Shown here: positions 35,051 to 48,102 of the stretch, in pieces
Layout of the letters: each line of letters opens with the position of its first letter
Position numbering within the stretch: position 1 is the stretch's first letter
From: Vicugna vicugna
Lineage: Eukaryota
Length of the DNA: 64,000 nucleotides
Assembly: GCA_013265495.1 (NCBI GenBank)
Contig: MU058791.1
Coordinates: 498,001 to 562,000, forward strand
Direction: 5' to 3'
Notes under the pieces: generated by a model
Databases searched by the model: none
Seen by the model: only the letters and a program-made list of their open reading frames with translations
What the model was told of the DNA's origin: nothing
Made by a program: the position numbers and the translations under genes

Positions 35051-38000
35051 AGGTACACCGTAAATATCCCCTAGATGTTACTCATTATTATGAGATAGAG
35101 TTCATTCTCCTAACACCCTTAACCTGTACAACTGGACCCAGCCTGCATCTGCAGTCTCACTTATCATCCTTTTGTTCACAAACTTTATGCCTAGAGCATC
35201 CTGGCTCCTGGGTGTTCCCCAGCATGTCTTGTTCTTTCCCATCTCTGAGCCTCTGTGCCCGCTTCCTCCCTCCTGGAGGGCTGGCTGACTCCAGCTCTGT
35301 CTGGTAGTCCTGGAACCACTGTGCAGGTCCACCTCTGTGACACCTTCCACAGGCAGCTCTCCAGTTACACACAAGGTTTCCTGCTCCCACGTCTCCACAG
35401 CACCTAACCCTGGAGCTGTCTAGCCAGCAAGCGCCCCACAGCCCCAGGGGCACGCCCACTGCCCTTGTCGCACTGCAAAGAGGCGAAGGCCTCTTTCACC
35501 TTGGTCTCTGTCGCCTTGTTGCCCTGGCCATTTTAGGAATACACTAAAAAAAAAAAAAAAAATCTGAATCCAGTTGTTCCAAAAATACCCATCACTTAAT
35601 AAAGAGCTTTAGTCACTGTTACAAGGTGAGAGGAGGCCATGTGAGCCACACCGCGCTCTTCTAGCCAAAATGAGCCCCTTAAGAGAAGGTGACACGGGAG
35701 ACTCTGGAGGACTCACAATGTTGTGTATGACCAGGTATCATCTGCGTAACTTCATGACAATCTAAGGTGACCGCGCCCCAGGCTCAGCATGGACATCCGC
35801 CCTCCCTAAGCAGTGGTCTTCCTCTTAAGTTGTCACAGATTCTCCAGCCAAGAACAGGGTGAACAAGTCCAAGCAAAGTCCACTAACACAAGAGAACTGG
35901 GCTTTGACGTGGCTGGCGGTTCGCATTTTGAAAGGACAGGATCCAGCAGTGGGATGGAACATAACATCAAAGAGGAGGCTGAGTTACGTTTTATGGCATT
36001 CTTCACACACTGCATTTTAAGATAATAAATAAGAGCAAACACAGTAGGACGCAACAGATCTGTACTCTTGGTGGGTCAGCAATCACGTCTAAGACATTAG
36101 CACTCTTCAGTGGCATCCCTCAGACCCCGGGGGCCGGGTGGTCCCTGCCCCAGGGGAGTTAGAGCAAGAGGAAGACCACCTTGACAATGGCCTGAAGAAG
36201 CCAAGGTGGAGCGGAGGGACAGCTGGATGTGTGTGTGTGTCTGTGTGTGTGTGTCTATGGGGAGGTGGGGGTGGGGGGCGGTAGTTATTAAGATGGGATG
36301 AGTGGTCTGACTGGAGTTCCTTAGGGACTATGTCACTCTCCACCCCACAGCCTCTCTGACATGGGTAGGGTTTGATTTGGAGCAGAGAGACACAGAAGGA
36401 CTCTTAACTTGTCCAATGTCAACAGCAAAGCTGTGACCCAGAACCCCTGGCCGGGCAGAATGTCTTTATCTCTGTGGGAAGTGGGCTATGCCTGCAGGTA
36501 GGGAGGACTCAGGCCCTGGGAATAAGAGGCTAACCCCATAAAATGATGAAGCCATAGTCACCGGCATCTCAGAGAAGCCTCCTGCATCCTGGCCATCACC
36601 CCTTAAGAAAGTGAGAATTTCTCCATGAGAGCTGTGCTTTCTAATACATGTGTTTCTTTAAAAAACCATCCTTTGTCTGGAATGCTTTCCAAATGAAATC
36701 AATCTCTTTAGAAACTGCTTTTAAAATATAGATAAAGACAACACACTTGCTCATTTAGCTTTGTGACACTTTACAGTAGGCTGAGAAGAGGAGGGGGACA
36801 GGCCCGGCCAAGCTGAAACAGGCATTGAGGAAGAACCAAAGAGAAGCAAATGATCGTATTGGGCAACCTCAAAACAACCAAGTCCGAGTAGGCAGCCCCA
36901 CTGTCAGGACATCACACCAGCTCTGACTGGCTACGGAGGAGAAAGCACGTGCCTGTCAGAGGCCCAGCATCTGCCCGTGGCCGAGCCCCCCTTCTCTAGA
37001 AAGCGCCACTGCTTCAGGGTGGATGGGACGACTGTCACAGGGGAGCCTGCCCTCTTATTCTCAGTAAGACAAACTGTAGGCTGGGGTCCCCATTCTTTCT
37101 CTTTTCAAAGTAGAAACCTTTTTAAACTCTAAAAGCAACATATTTTATTATAGAAAAGCATTTAAAAATTATGGGACAAAAAAAGGACAAGATCATCTGC
37201 AATTCTGTTGCACAGAAATGGCTACTGTTGACATTAATGTATTTCTTCCGAGGATCATTTCTATTGGTATACACACATATTTGAACAAAGTTAGACTCAC
37301 GCCATTATTAGATTTTCTGCTCTAATTTTTTTTCCCTTTGCTATTTTATCATCATTATTTTCTAGATATTTGTTTTTGTACACTTCCATGGAGCATTTTG
37401 ATGGAAGCGGGGGGAGGATGAGTCTGGTGGTTCTGCCCAGCCACCATGAACCACAAGACTGATCACTAGTTAATCCTGCACCCTCATGACCACAGGCCGA
37501 CGAGGAAAGATGCCAAGAGGGATGTTTATGCATCTGTGAGGCCAAGTGATCTCAGTGTGACCTTTGGGTGGTCCCCTGCCTCCAATGACAGGACAAACCC
37601 ATGAGAGTGTCTCACCTGCGCTCTACCTAAAACCCTCCCATGTGTCCACCTCTCCCCAGGAATCCCTGGTGCTGTGTGAAACTTTCACAATCAAGATCTT
37701 GAAAAGTTAAGGAACTTTACTCATGTTACCATATAGAATCCATGTACAATAGAGCATCATCTCTAAATGATTAAGGAAATCATTTCTTAACAGCTTCCAC
37801 CTCCAAATGTTCGTTCATTCCAGCAAGACGCGTCTCTCGCACTGTGCCTGGCACTGTATGGGGCAGAAAGATTGCCTGAATTCTTCCGCAGGACACCAGT
37901 AAGCTCTCTATCTACCTTAAGAAAAAAACAGTGTATTAAAAATGACTATTTCATGGCAGCAGACATACCAAATGCTCACTGAAAGAATTCTTGCCTTCAC

Positions 38001-38177
38001 AGCTGCTTTCAATTTAAAGAGCCACCTATAAAGACAAGACAGCGTGCACTTTCCAAAATGTTAAAAATGAGGCAAGTCCCAAAGCGGCAACACTGACCAA
38101 TAGCTTCCCTTTTTAACACTTCACTGTACTTGAGATTCAAAGAAAGAAAGAAGAAAAGAAAAATACTGAAATCGAGA

Positions 38178-38390
38178 ACAGAGGTGAGCAAACGAATCTG
38201 GCCTGCCACCTGTTTTTGTGAATAAAATTTTATTGGAGCACGGCCACAAACACCTTCCTTTGTTGACATGTGGTCTGTGGCTCTTTTCCTGCTACTGTGG
38301 CCGAGTTGAGTAGTTATGACACAGGCTGACCCATAAAGCCTAAAATATTTAGTATCTGGCCCTTCGTAGGAAAAAACTCTGGAAGCCTAA
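38178..38390. mobile_element. MER58A-like hAT MITE
   Basis: cagaggtgagcaaac...tgtttttgtgaataaaattttattgga...aagcctaaaatatttagtatctggccctt. Confidence 0.8.
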
Positions 38391-39539
38391 TCTTGAGAGG
38401 GGCTCAAGGCAAACGGAGACACAAAGGCAACAGCAGACGACTGGATGTAAGAGTTTGGAGAGAAAACAGCAACAATGAATGAAGGAGGATGAAAGATGGG
38501 AAGAGCACCGGGTCCCAGAGTCTCCCAAGACCCTGACTGCCCCCCTCCCCTTGCCCAGCGATGCGTGATGACGGCTCTGGGCTGCCTGGTCAGAGCTCAG
38601 GTTCCCAATGATTCTTGTCAAGAATCCTTGGACTCAACGGACTACTGCCAATTTCAAACCTCCAGGTGGAGGTCCACAAAACCGCTCTTTCCAAAGTGAT
38701 TATCTGCCGGTTTTTCAAGTGCTTCCCCAGTGACACTGATAAGCTAAGCCTCCTAGAACCTCCCAACGTGCACTGGCCAAAGACATCCCCTCTCAGCAGA
38801 CAGGCTCTCAGGTGGCCCTCGGCCACACCGTCTGCCAGTTCTGAGCAGTTTACACTGGCATCGTGTCTTCTGTCCCAGTCAAGGCCACAGGCCAAGACCC
38901 CTTTATTCTCTGTGGAGGGGGACGATGCTCAGCCCACTGGCCTCGCCCTGAGTTCTCTCCAGCTCCCTCTGGCCCTGTCTGCTTGTCCCACCATTGTTTT
39001 TGCCCTTTTAGAGAGGAGGGGGGGTGAGGGGGCAGGCAGCAGAGCCAAGCCACTGCAGAATAGTTTCCTAAATGGGAACCATTGGGAAGACGCCCAGAGC
39101 TACCGAAAAAAACTCCCAAACCACAGGAGTGACAGCAGGGCAGTTCTTTTGAGGACTCTCTGGAGAAGCCACCTGGGGTTCCTAGGACTGTGTTTGACCT
39201 GGCATTGGGCCCTTTGCTCCACCCGAAGTCAGAGCATTGTCTCCCTGAGCCGGGAGCCTGGCGGAAGGGAGAGCAAATGCCCCAGCCGGGCTGTGGCTGA
39301 GGGCGAGGGGTGTGGAGGTGGGAGGCAGGCAGGCAGAAGGTTGGGACGGAGCTGGGGTGGGAGTCCTGGTCCCACTGGGCAGTGCTGGCTCAAGGGCTCC
39401 CCCGCCTTCCTGCTTCTGTCCCCACTGTCCCCAGACAAGCAGGAGGCCACCTGGCATCCCAGGCAGGAGCCTGGGCTTCAGAACCAGGCAAAACTGGAAT
39501 TGCATCCCCGCTGCTCCATCATCTGACAGCAGGCCTCGC

Positions 39540-40065
39540 CCACGTCCGGGAAGCTGCCTTAGCTCACCCTCCTCATTTACCCAGTGGGGAAAATAATGCC
39601 TCTGCCATAGACCTGCTCTGCAGAATAAAACCAGGTAATGGATGTAAAGCACATGACATAGCACCTGACACACAGAAAACAAGAAATGAAGCTTTCTGAC
39701 TTGTTATTCATCCTGAATTTGCACTTTCCTGATTGAACTGCTACTCCCTAACCGCACTGGGCGCTCTCAAGTATCTGTGCCTTCTGCTGAGAACATCTCT
39801 GCCAACCACTCCTCACATCTTTATCCAACCGACAGAATTCTACTTATTCTCCAAGTCTGGGTTTAAGGGTCACCTCCTCTGTGAAGCCTTCCCTGATTCC
39901 TCCAGGAAGAGCCAGGTAATCTTTCCCTAATTCTACTGTCAAGTTTATCGCATTGTGCATCTGACTCTCTCCTGGACTGTAAGCTCTCAAATAAATGCAA
40001 GGGTTCCATCTTTACATCTGTTTATCCAGCACCTGGTGTGCAGAAAGCACTTGATAAATGAAAGG
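39540..40065 (+). mobile_element. MIR fragment followed by L2 3' fragment
   Basis: cctcattt...ggaaaataat...gtaatggatgtaaagcac; then tcacctcctctgtgaagccttccctga...ctgtaagctc...ataaatgaa. Confidence 0.55.
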
Positions 40066-43000
40066 CTGAAACAAGTTCAGGGACTTAAAAGCAGACAACG
40101 AATGGAGAAGCAGGGGCTGCCTTTGGGAAGCGGGGGCTGGGTTCACTGTGATCCTTGTGGAGTTTCTGTGCCCCAAGTCCATTCTGACTCCTCTGTTCTG
40201 GTCAGATCAGGAACTGGCTTTAAGGATCTTGAACTGAGTGCACTTTCCTTTCTGATGCTCTCCCAGGCTCAGCTGACAGGGTTATTTTGTGTATTCTGAG
40301 CCAGATCTACAGAGTTGCAGGACGTGATGGAGAGGAGGAAGGACTGAATTTCAGAGAGGGGATGCGGGGTTACAGGAAACCCAGGTAAATTCAGGAGACA
40401 GACCACATTTCAGAAAGACTCCAGAAAGCCAAGAAAAGGAGCACAGGGTCTTAAACGGCCAAGGCTTAACTCCCTAATAGATGATGATTAAAGCCAGGAA
40501 AAGACCTCATGGCCTTGTCCATTCCCTGCCGTCACAGAAAGGGGAGTTTATCGGTTATGTTCCGGTACAGAGAAAGAAAGTTACATCTTTAGATAAATGC
40601 ACTAGAAAGTGTTGCCAGACTGAAGTCCACCTAACACTCAGCCCATGAGATGCTGGCGTGCAAACAAAAGGGTTTTTTTTTTTGGGTCAAATAAAGTACA
40701 AAAATTCTGCACACTATGTCTGCTCTTTGACTTTATTCTCATTAACCTCTCAGCCATGCACTTTGATCCTGCGTTAAATCAACCTCTGTTTTTACACTCA
40801 TCCTCACCTGACTAGGGCAGAGCCCTGCAACAGGCAGCAAGAACTGAACTACAAGCATGGGGAGAGGCCCATCTTCTCCGGCCTGGGGGCAGCCAGAGCC
40901 CCGGCCAGTCCCCTCAGCCCTGAGCAGCCTGCTGCCCTGTCCCTGGGGCTTCTTCCCAGTGTCCGTTAACAAAGTCCTTTAATGTTATGGTTGAAAATGG
41001 CATCATGAGCCTAGGGATTCAGGAACTTTGCAAAGAAATATTGTAGGTAATTAATATTTTAATTACCACTCATTCATAAGTAAATTTCCTCATTGCATCC
41101 CAGTACAAACTCTCTCTATACATGTATCTATATAGATACAGATTTCATATATTTACACACATCCATATATATATTCTAGGAAGCTAGAAAAATATTAATC
41201 ACTCAGTTATGTGCATGTGGACTTTGCTGATGGGAACTCAACTTGTCCCATTCTATGATATTTCAGTCTACGTTCTGAGCTTCCTGTGGGGGAATCTGTA
41301 TCTCCCCAGTAGTTCTGCCAACCTCATTTCCACTGTCTAGGATGGATGGGAGACTGGGAGACGATAGGCCATGGAATGCCGTTTCCAACCCCCAAGGCTT
41401 TTCCAGATCTACCAAGGGAGATGAAACTGAACTCACAGATCCTTGGGTAAGAGGCTGCTAGCTCCTCTTATTGCTCCCGGGCACTTTCCAGGGTGCAGTG
41501 GAGAAAATGGGTGCAGTGGGAAGGAGGCTGTGATTTTTTTTTTTTCCAGATTCCCAGAAATTCCCTCCAGACTGCTGGCATCTGTGGTTTAAAGGTTTTC
41601 CAACTCTGCCACTGGTGTGCTGCTGACCTTGGAGAATCATGGTTCTCCCTCAACCTCAGTTTTAGCCTCTGAAGGACATCTTCCAACAGCTAATGCCTCT
41701 AAATGTTTGGTCATAGCCTCCTTGGGCATCTCAGTCCCGAGTCAGCCAGTCCCAGGCAGGGCTGGGATCCTCTCCCATGAAAACAGAGGGAGGGAGACAG
41801 ACCCACGACAGACTTGCTCATGCAGGAATTCCCTTCAGAGGCACAGGTGTGGTTCATGGTCACTGGAACCTCCAAGATTTTTTAAAGCGCTGTCCACTGG
41901 CTGTCTGGTGGGTGTGCTTGGCCTCCAGGGCATCTCGGGCTGTGGGAGATGAGGAATGAGAGGGCCTGATGGCGTGGTGCCTCCTCCAAGACCAGCAGTT
42001 GCCAGATGTGCTACCATGGGGGATGGAGGCCAAGTTCATTCCTGTCCCCCTCCCAGCCCTGGGTGTGCCGACCACTGCTGGGTGGGGTGCATGGAGCCAC
42101 CGATCGGCTCTTTAAGCTCCAGGCCTCGGATCACTGCTGTTGCCAAGGGAACAGTAGGCCAGGCTGAAGCTTCTTCCCCCCACCCTGTGGACCTCTGAAC
42201 TTGGTCCAGGGTGACCTAAAGGCAGCCCCCCTAATTTCAGGCATCCGAGTAAGGATGCTGAGTGGGGAGGCTGAACCATGGACCGCCAGGGCCCACTGAA
42301 GAAGGGAAGCCTAGAGCAGAAACTGGCCCAGAGGCAAGCCGGCCTGCTCTGCCCGGCTCTCTCTCCATAGGCACCGGTGGCCTGAACAGTCTCAGGTCCG
42401 AGGCTCGGTTCCCTGGGGCCTTTCACACTCATGGGTTTTGATGGTTCAGTATTCAGTCTCCAGTCCTTCTCCTGAAAGGGGCAGCTAAGGGCCAGGCTCT
42501 CCTTTTCCTCCTGATGGCTGATGTGTTTTCCTGGCATCCTCACTACTGGCTGAAAACCCCAAAGGGCTCCTCCTGCCACCTGCCCTGCCCAACTGCGGAA
42601 TGTGACAAAGATTTATGAGCTGTGAGCACTCTGTTTACTTCCCAGAGACTGGTGACTTGTCCACACGGCCACATCCAGGGCGTGACGGCTCAGGGTCTGT
42701 CTGCTGGGGAGACTTTACCAAACCCAGATACAGGCTTTTCTGCTACTGAATCAGGACAGGCAGCCTGGGAGCTGTCTGTCCTTAGAGGAGAAAGAGCTAG
42801 GGGTGGTATTAGGGAGAGCTGGCTTCAGGCCCGGCTCCAGGCACACAGCTGTTTTTCCTTCTTTCAGAAAGTGGAGATACTGATACTGTGAGACGGGGCA
42901 CAGAGGTACTTGGGAAGCCATCAGTCACTACAAGTTGACTGTTACAATGACCTACTGCCAAGCTCAGTCCACGAGCCCATGCCTCAGAATCAGTTCTCAG

Positions 43001-44169
43001 TTAATAGGTAAAAATATCACTGGAAAACCTTTAAACCACAGATGACAGAGACTAGAGCACAGTGATGTGTTTCTGCCAACTTTCAAGGGCCGTCCTTCCT
43101 GGCTGGGGATCTAGCACAAGGCCTTGCAAATTTGAAAGTTTCAAAAACATAGTCAGGGCAAAGCTTACATGTGAAAGGCTTTAGGTTACAGAATCCTACC
43201 CAGTGTATGGTTATAGATGGACTCTTACAACAAATGAAAAATGGGTTATTAAGCTGTGAGAAGAAAATTTAAATATGTCTTCATTACTGTCCCATTATAC
43301 AAACAACATGTTATTCCTAGCCACCTCTTCAACAAGTTTCTGTTCCAGCTTCCTAGAATGCTGTTCCATGACTGCACAGCAAGCTCATTCCCATTCTGCT
43401 GGGTCCTGTGTTACCTCCTCGATGTCTTTCCTTACCACTGGGTCAGTAGCCTCCCCTGATGACCATCTCAGCACCCTGCTTGTACCCCCAACAGCATAAT
43501 CAGCTTGACTTAACAGTGCTTCACTGCCTCTTTCTTGCAATACACCATAAAACAGGAACTGGAAGGATGTTGACTGTTAATTGGTTGCCTCTGGGGAGGG
43601 GCCTGGGACTCGGAGCTTAAAGGAAGCTGTGTTTTTATTTATAGTGCTTACATTTTTATACCAATGCCGCATCCATGCATGTGTCACTTGTGCAACTACA
43701 AATCAGTAAGTGTTACTAAAGCCATACTCTCTGAAGGGATGATCAGCTCCTGGGGTGCATTTCTCCTGCACACGTGTTGGTGCCATGTGGTTCCTCCTGG
43801 AGCTTGGCACAGCTTAGTCCCACAGTCCCACGGAGCACCCAGGGCACTGGCCCCCAGGGAGCCATGCTACGATTAAGCCCTTGCCCTGGAGGAGTTACAG
43901 AGACGACGCAGTTGCCATTTTAGGGAAGAAAAGCCAGGCTCAGGACAGGGCGGGTGAACTTGATCAGAGCTAGACTAAGCCGCCGGGTCACCAGCTTCCC
44001 AACTGCAGTCATGAAGGAGCCATTGCTAAGCATGTAACCACCTGGGGCCAACAGACATGACCTGGTGGAGCTGGTTCACGGCTGTGGGAGGGGGCAGTTA
44101 TTTCCCCAATGCACCAAGATCCCCATCCTTGGGACTTTATCTTCCCTAGATTCTGGCATTGGAGTGAGA

Positions 44170-44410
44170 ACAGTAACTACCATTTACCAAGCACCTACTG
44201 TGCGCCAGGCGCCACGCTACCCGTCTTGGACACGTCCTCTTATTCAGTTCTGACGTTTGACTATGGTAGGTGGTATTCTTTGTCCCATTTTAGAGATTAG
44301 GAAAACGAAGGTCAGAAAGCCAGTGCAACTTGCCCGAGGCCCCCATGGTACATGATGGAGCTTGAACTTGGAGTCAGACCACCCCTCCTCTAAGGCTGTG
44401 CCCCATATTC
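44170..44410 (-). mobile_element. MIR SINE
   Basis: aactaccatttaccaagcacctactgtgcgccaggc...cccattttagagattaggaaaac. Confidence 0.65.
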
Positions 44411-47400
44411 TTAAGCTCTGTGACAAGTCTTCAAACAAGGAGGTTTAATTTGCAAACCAATAGCTCAAGTGGAGGATTCCAGGGACCTCAAGCCCCTCTC
44501 TGGCCCTCCCTGGCCCTCGGCAGCACACGAGGGCATTCTTCTCCCAGAACCACTACCACCTGCCAACTCCTCTCAAAAAATTTTTAAAAAACCACAATGG
44601 GCAAACTACCCATGGTGATATTTGCCTGTGACCTGGAGGTTTCAGTTACCGAAAAAGAAAACTGAAAACCACAGTTCCAGATGCCCGCCTCCTCATCCTC
44701 ACCCCTAATCCCACTTGCAAGCAGTCTAGATATTCAATTTAAAATGAATTAAGGAAGCAATTTCAGTGAGGAAGGATGTCAGCTCGGCTTCTAAAAACTC
44801 ACAGTTAATGAACATCAGATTCCACTCTAGTCCCTGGGAAGGTGACCTTTGGACTCATAAACGTTACACATCCTCTGTGGCCAGAGCTGCCTCTGTGCTG
44901 TGATCCTGTCCCCGAGGCTGGGTGTGCACGTCTGCTGTGAGGTCAGCCCAGAGGGGGCAACCGGGCCCCCTTACATCCCCACTGGGCCTTCTCATTGACC
45001 TTGAAGCCAGGAAGCCCCGCCCACTGGCAGACTTGACCCACCAGTGGGAAAGCCCAGGCCACATTATTTTCTTCTAATTTTTTATTGTGATAAAATATAC
45101 GGAATGCAAAATTTACCCACTTTTAAGTGCACAGTTCTAGGCATTAAGCACATTCCCACAGCTGTGGAGCCATCGTCACCACCTCCAGGCCATCCCTTTG
45201 GACTCCCTAACGAGTTTCCACCCCACCCTGCCTTCTCCCATCTGTTCCTCCTGCCCTTACAAACTGGGGTCCGCTTCTCCAGATGGTCCCTCGCTTTCTG
45301 CACAGGGGCCATGTTGGGGAATCGAGCCCATGCTGTGACCAGCCCACACCCCTGGGCCTCCAAGGGGCCCCTCTCTGATGGCCTTTGGGGCCTCCTTCCA
45401 GACCCGGGCTGGACCTCTGTGCCTAGAAGGCTCAGGATCTGTCCCGAGCAAACCCCTGCGCCTCCTCCTGGCCAGCCTGCGTCCACCCTCCATCCTCTTT
45501 CTAGGCTCCTCTGTGGCAGGAGATGCTTTGGAACCCAGGATGCAACCCGGCACCTCCCTGGGCAAATGCATGGTCCTGGGCAGGTGACTGAACCTCACAG
45601 AGCCTACGCACCCCTTTACAAAATGCAGCCGCTGTATCTAACTGCCGGGGTGGAGGTGAGTTCTGAAAGAGCCTTGTCCAGGGCCCAGCGTCTGGAAAGC
45701 CGCATTAGATGCTAACTGACATGCTGCTTCTGTAAGATGATACTGATGCGCTATTCCCACCCCAGCTCCCTCTCTCTGCATCACTTTCCTTCCCGTTCTC
45801 ATTTCCGTCTTCCCACAGCACCCCCTTCCACCCTCCCCTCACCCTCTGCCTTCAGTGGGAACCCAGAGAGTTTACGTCATCCCAGCACGTGGCAGAAAGA
45901 GAGAGGCTGGCTCTCTGCTGTCTGAACCCCAGGAGCGTCCATTTCTAACCTCTTCCCTAGGCTGAGTCTGGCAGAACATGCCCACTTAGATGTCGCATCT
46001 CACAGTAGGGGATGCACAGAAAGAGACAATTCCGCAAAGGCCAATTGACAGCCGAGAAGGGGAGCCCGGAGCCTTCTGGGCTCAGAAAACATACTCTTGT
46101 TCTGCTACTTGCCAAATGTTCGATGTACAGGACATCCTCTCCTTCCCCTCCTGCTTTGTGAGCAAGATAAGAAAGACAATCCTTTGATGGATTTGAAGAA
46201 TAAATCACTTATTTCGAAAAGTCAGTGGGGGGAAAGAGATCATCTGGAGGCCCTGTAAGCCTCAAACACAGGAAAGAAACCAAGTAGACAAAAGCAGACT
46301 GGAACGGGCTTCTACCGTCAACCCACGGGCCTGTCTGTGACTTTAATCTCCTGGAAGAGAAAGGAATCTGTTCTCCTACTTGGGAAATACATGCCAAGAC
46401 ACATTCATATTATGTCACTTCTCTGCTCAGAAACCTTCAGAGGCAACCAACCAGAACCCACCAGGAGGTGGTCCTCACTTAGCTTCCTGATGTGACATCA
46501 TTACTCTCTCATAATCACAGAATTACAGGCAGCCCGAACTAGTCTCACCGTCCCCTAAATACACCCTAGCCATCACTTCTGGAGTCTTTACTCCTGACAC
46601 TTTCTTCACCTGGCATGTCTCCCCACCCGCAACCACTTAAATGGTACCCTCTCTAAGGCCAGTCTCTGATGCCACCTTCACAAAGCCATCCTGGGTCCCT
46701 CGACTGCATGTAATCCACCCTCTTTGGCCTCCCCTGGTGCTTGGAACCTCCCTTTTTGCATTTATCTTGCAGAGGCAAGAATTAAAGCCAATTACGTTAT
46801 ATCTTATTATAAGGTACATAGATGGGTTTACCTTAGGGGTACACCACGGTCATGGGTGCACCTGCCCTCACCTCTACTCTTAGATGTCTGAACCCCAGTG
46901 TCCATCACTCAGCACCCCCACTCCATGCCTGAAACTCGGTGGGCACCCAGTAAGCACTAATCCATTAAGCTTTACAAGTTGACAACACGACTCCAAGCAT
47001 ACAGTCCGTGAACACACCTCTTCTGCTGTGTGTATCTTTGCAAATGTTGATAAAGAACGTGAACTCAGCAATGTACACAACCCCGTGGAACGGCTGCACT
47101 TTGCAGTGAAACCAATGGAAAGTGGAATTTCTTTCCTCCGATAGACGGATGACGCTTTAGGTCTGAGCTGAGATTCACTTATGAGCTCAGTTTTGAACCT
47201 TGAAGGAAACTGGTCTCATACTACAAAATTGGCATCATTTCAGTTACTGCTTTAAGCATCTGGTGTAATGAGCTTGGGCTATGAAAATTTCCAGTTTTCA
47301 GAGTGCTTCTTGTCGGTGTCGCGGTATCAGGTACACATACACACCGCATTTGGAGAGCGCTGTTGGCTACTCTGTTTATCCATTCTTGTAAAAGGGTTCT

Positions 47401-47561
47401 ATAGGACATGCATGATGCCTCCCATACCATCTAAGTAATAACAATGTTAATAATCTTAAGCCATTTATGTTCCCAGGCTCCAGGTTCCCAGATTTCTGCA
47501 GTAATGTTATACGATGTTACATGACCAAGGACAGATTGTTTTAAATTTTGTCACAAAACTT

Positions 47562-48102
47562 CATTAAGTAGACCATCTCTTATCCAGCTGGCTGTGCCTG
47601 TCTTAGGTTGTCCTCCTCTGAGAATCTTACCTGTTGTTGGCTATCCAGCCGTCCATACTGATTACATTTCGAAGGCCATCTCTTATCCAGCTGTCCATGC
47701 CTGACTTAGGTTGTCCTCCTCTGAGGCTCTTACCTGTCTTGGCTATCCTGCCGTCCATACTAAATACATTAAATAGGCCATCTCTTATACCACCGTCCGT
47801 TCCTGTCTTAATTTTTCCTCCTGGGGGATCTTACCCGTCGTTGGCTCTCTAGCCGTCCACATTGGAAAGATTGATTAGGCCATCTCTTATCCAGCCATCT
47901 GTTCCTGCCTTAGAGTGTCCACCTCTGAGGATCCTACCCGTCGTTGGCTCTCCAGCCATCCACACTGGACACATTAAATAGGCCATCTCTTATCCAGCTG
48001 TGCATTCCTGCCTTAGGTTGTCCTCCTCTGGGGATCTTTCCCATCATAGGCACTACAGCCGTCCACACTGGATACATTAAGTAGGCCATCTCTTATCCAG
48101 CC
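47562..48102. repeat. Tandem array of 102-103 bp units (5 full units + partial ends)
   Basis: CCATCTCTTAT starts at 47573, 47676, 47778, 47880, 47983, 48086 (periods 103,102,102,103,103). Whole units align; unit 1 vs unit 2 shows about 15 differences. Confidence 0.95.

Noticed and set aside
38615..39526. 303 aa ORF, the longest in the window
   Set aside because: Non-ATG start, low-complexity composition, no recognisable domain; chance ORF in GC-rich intron.
45044..45715. 223 aa ORF
   Set aside because: Non-ATG start, begins in an L1-end remnant, Pro-rich with no recognisable homology.
47562..48102. CRISPR-like array (constant core + variable spacers), hammerhead ribozyme array, or coding repeat
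   Set aside because: The inter-core segments are homologous to each other, not unique spacers, and no cas genes are present. CTGAGGA occurs in only one unit without a consistent GAAA. The mixed 102/103 period breaks any reading frame.
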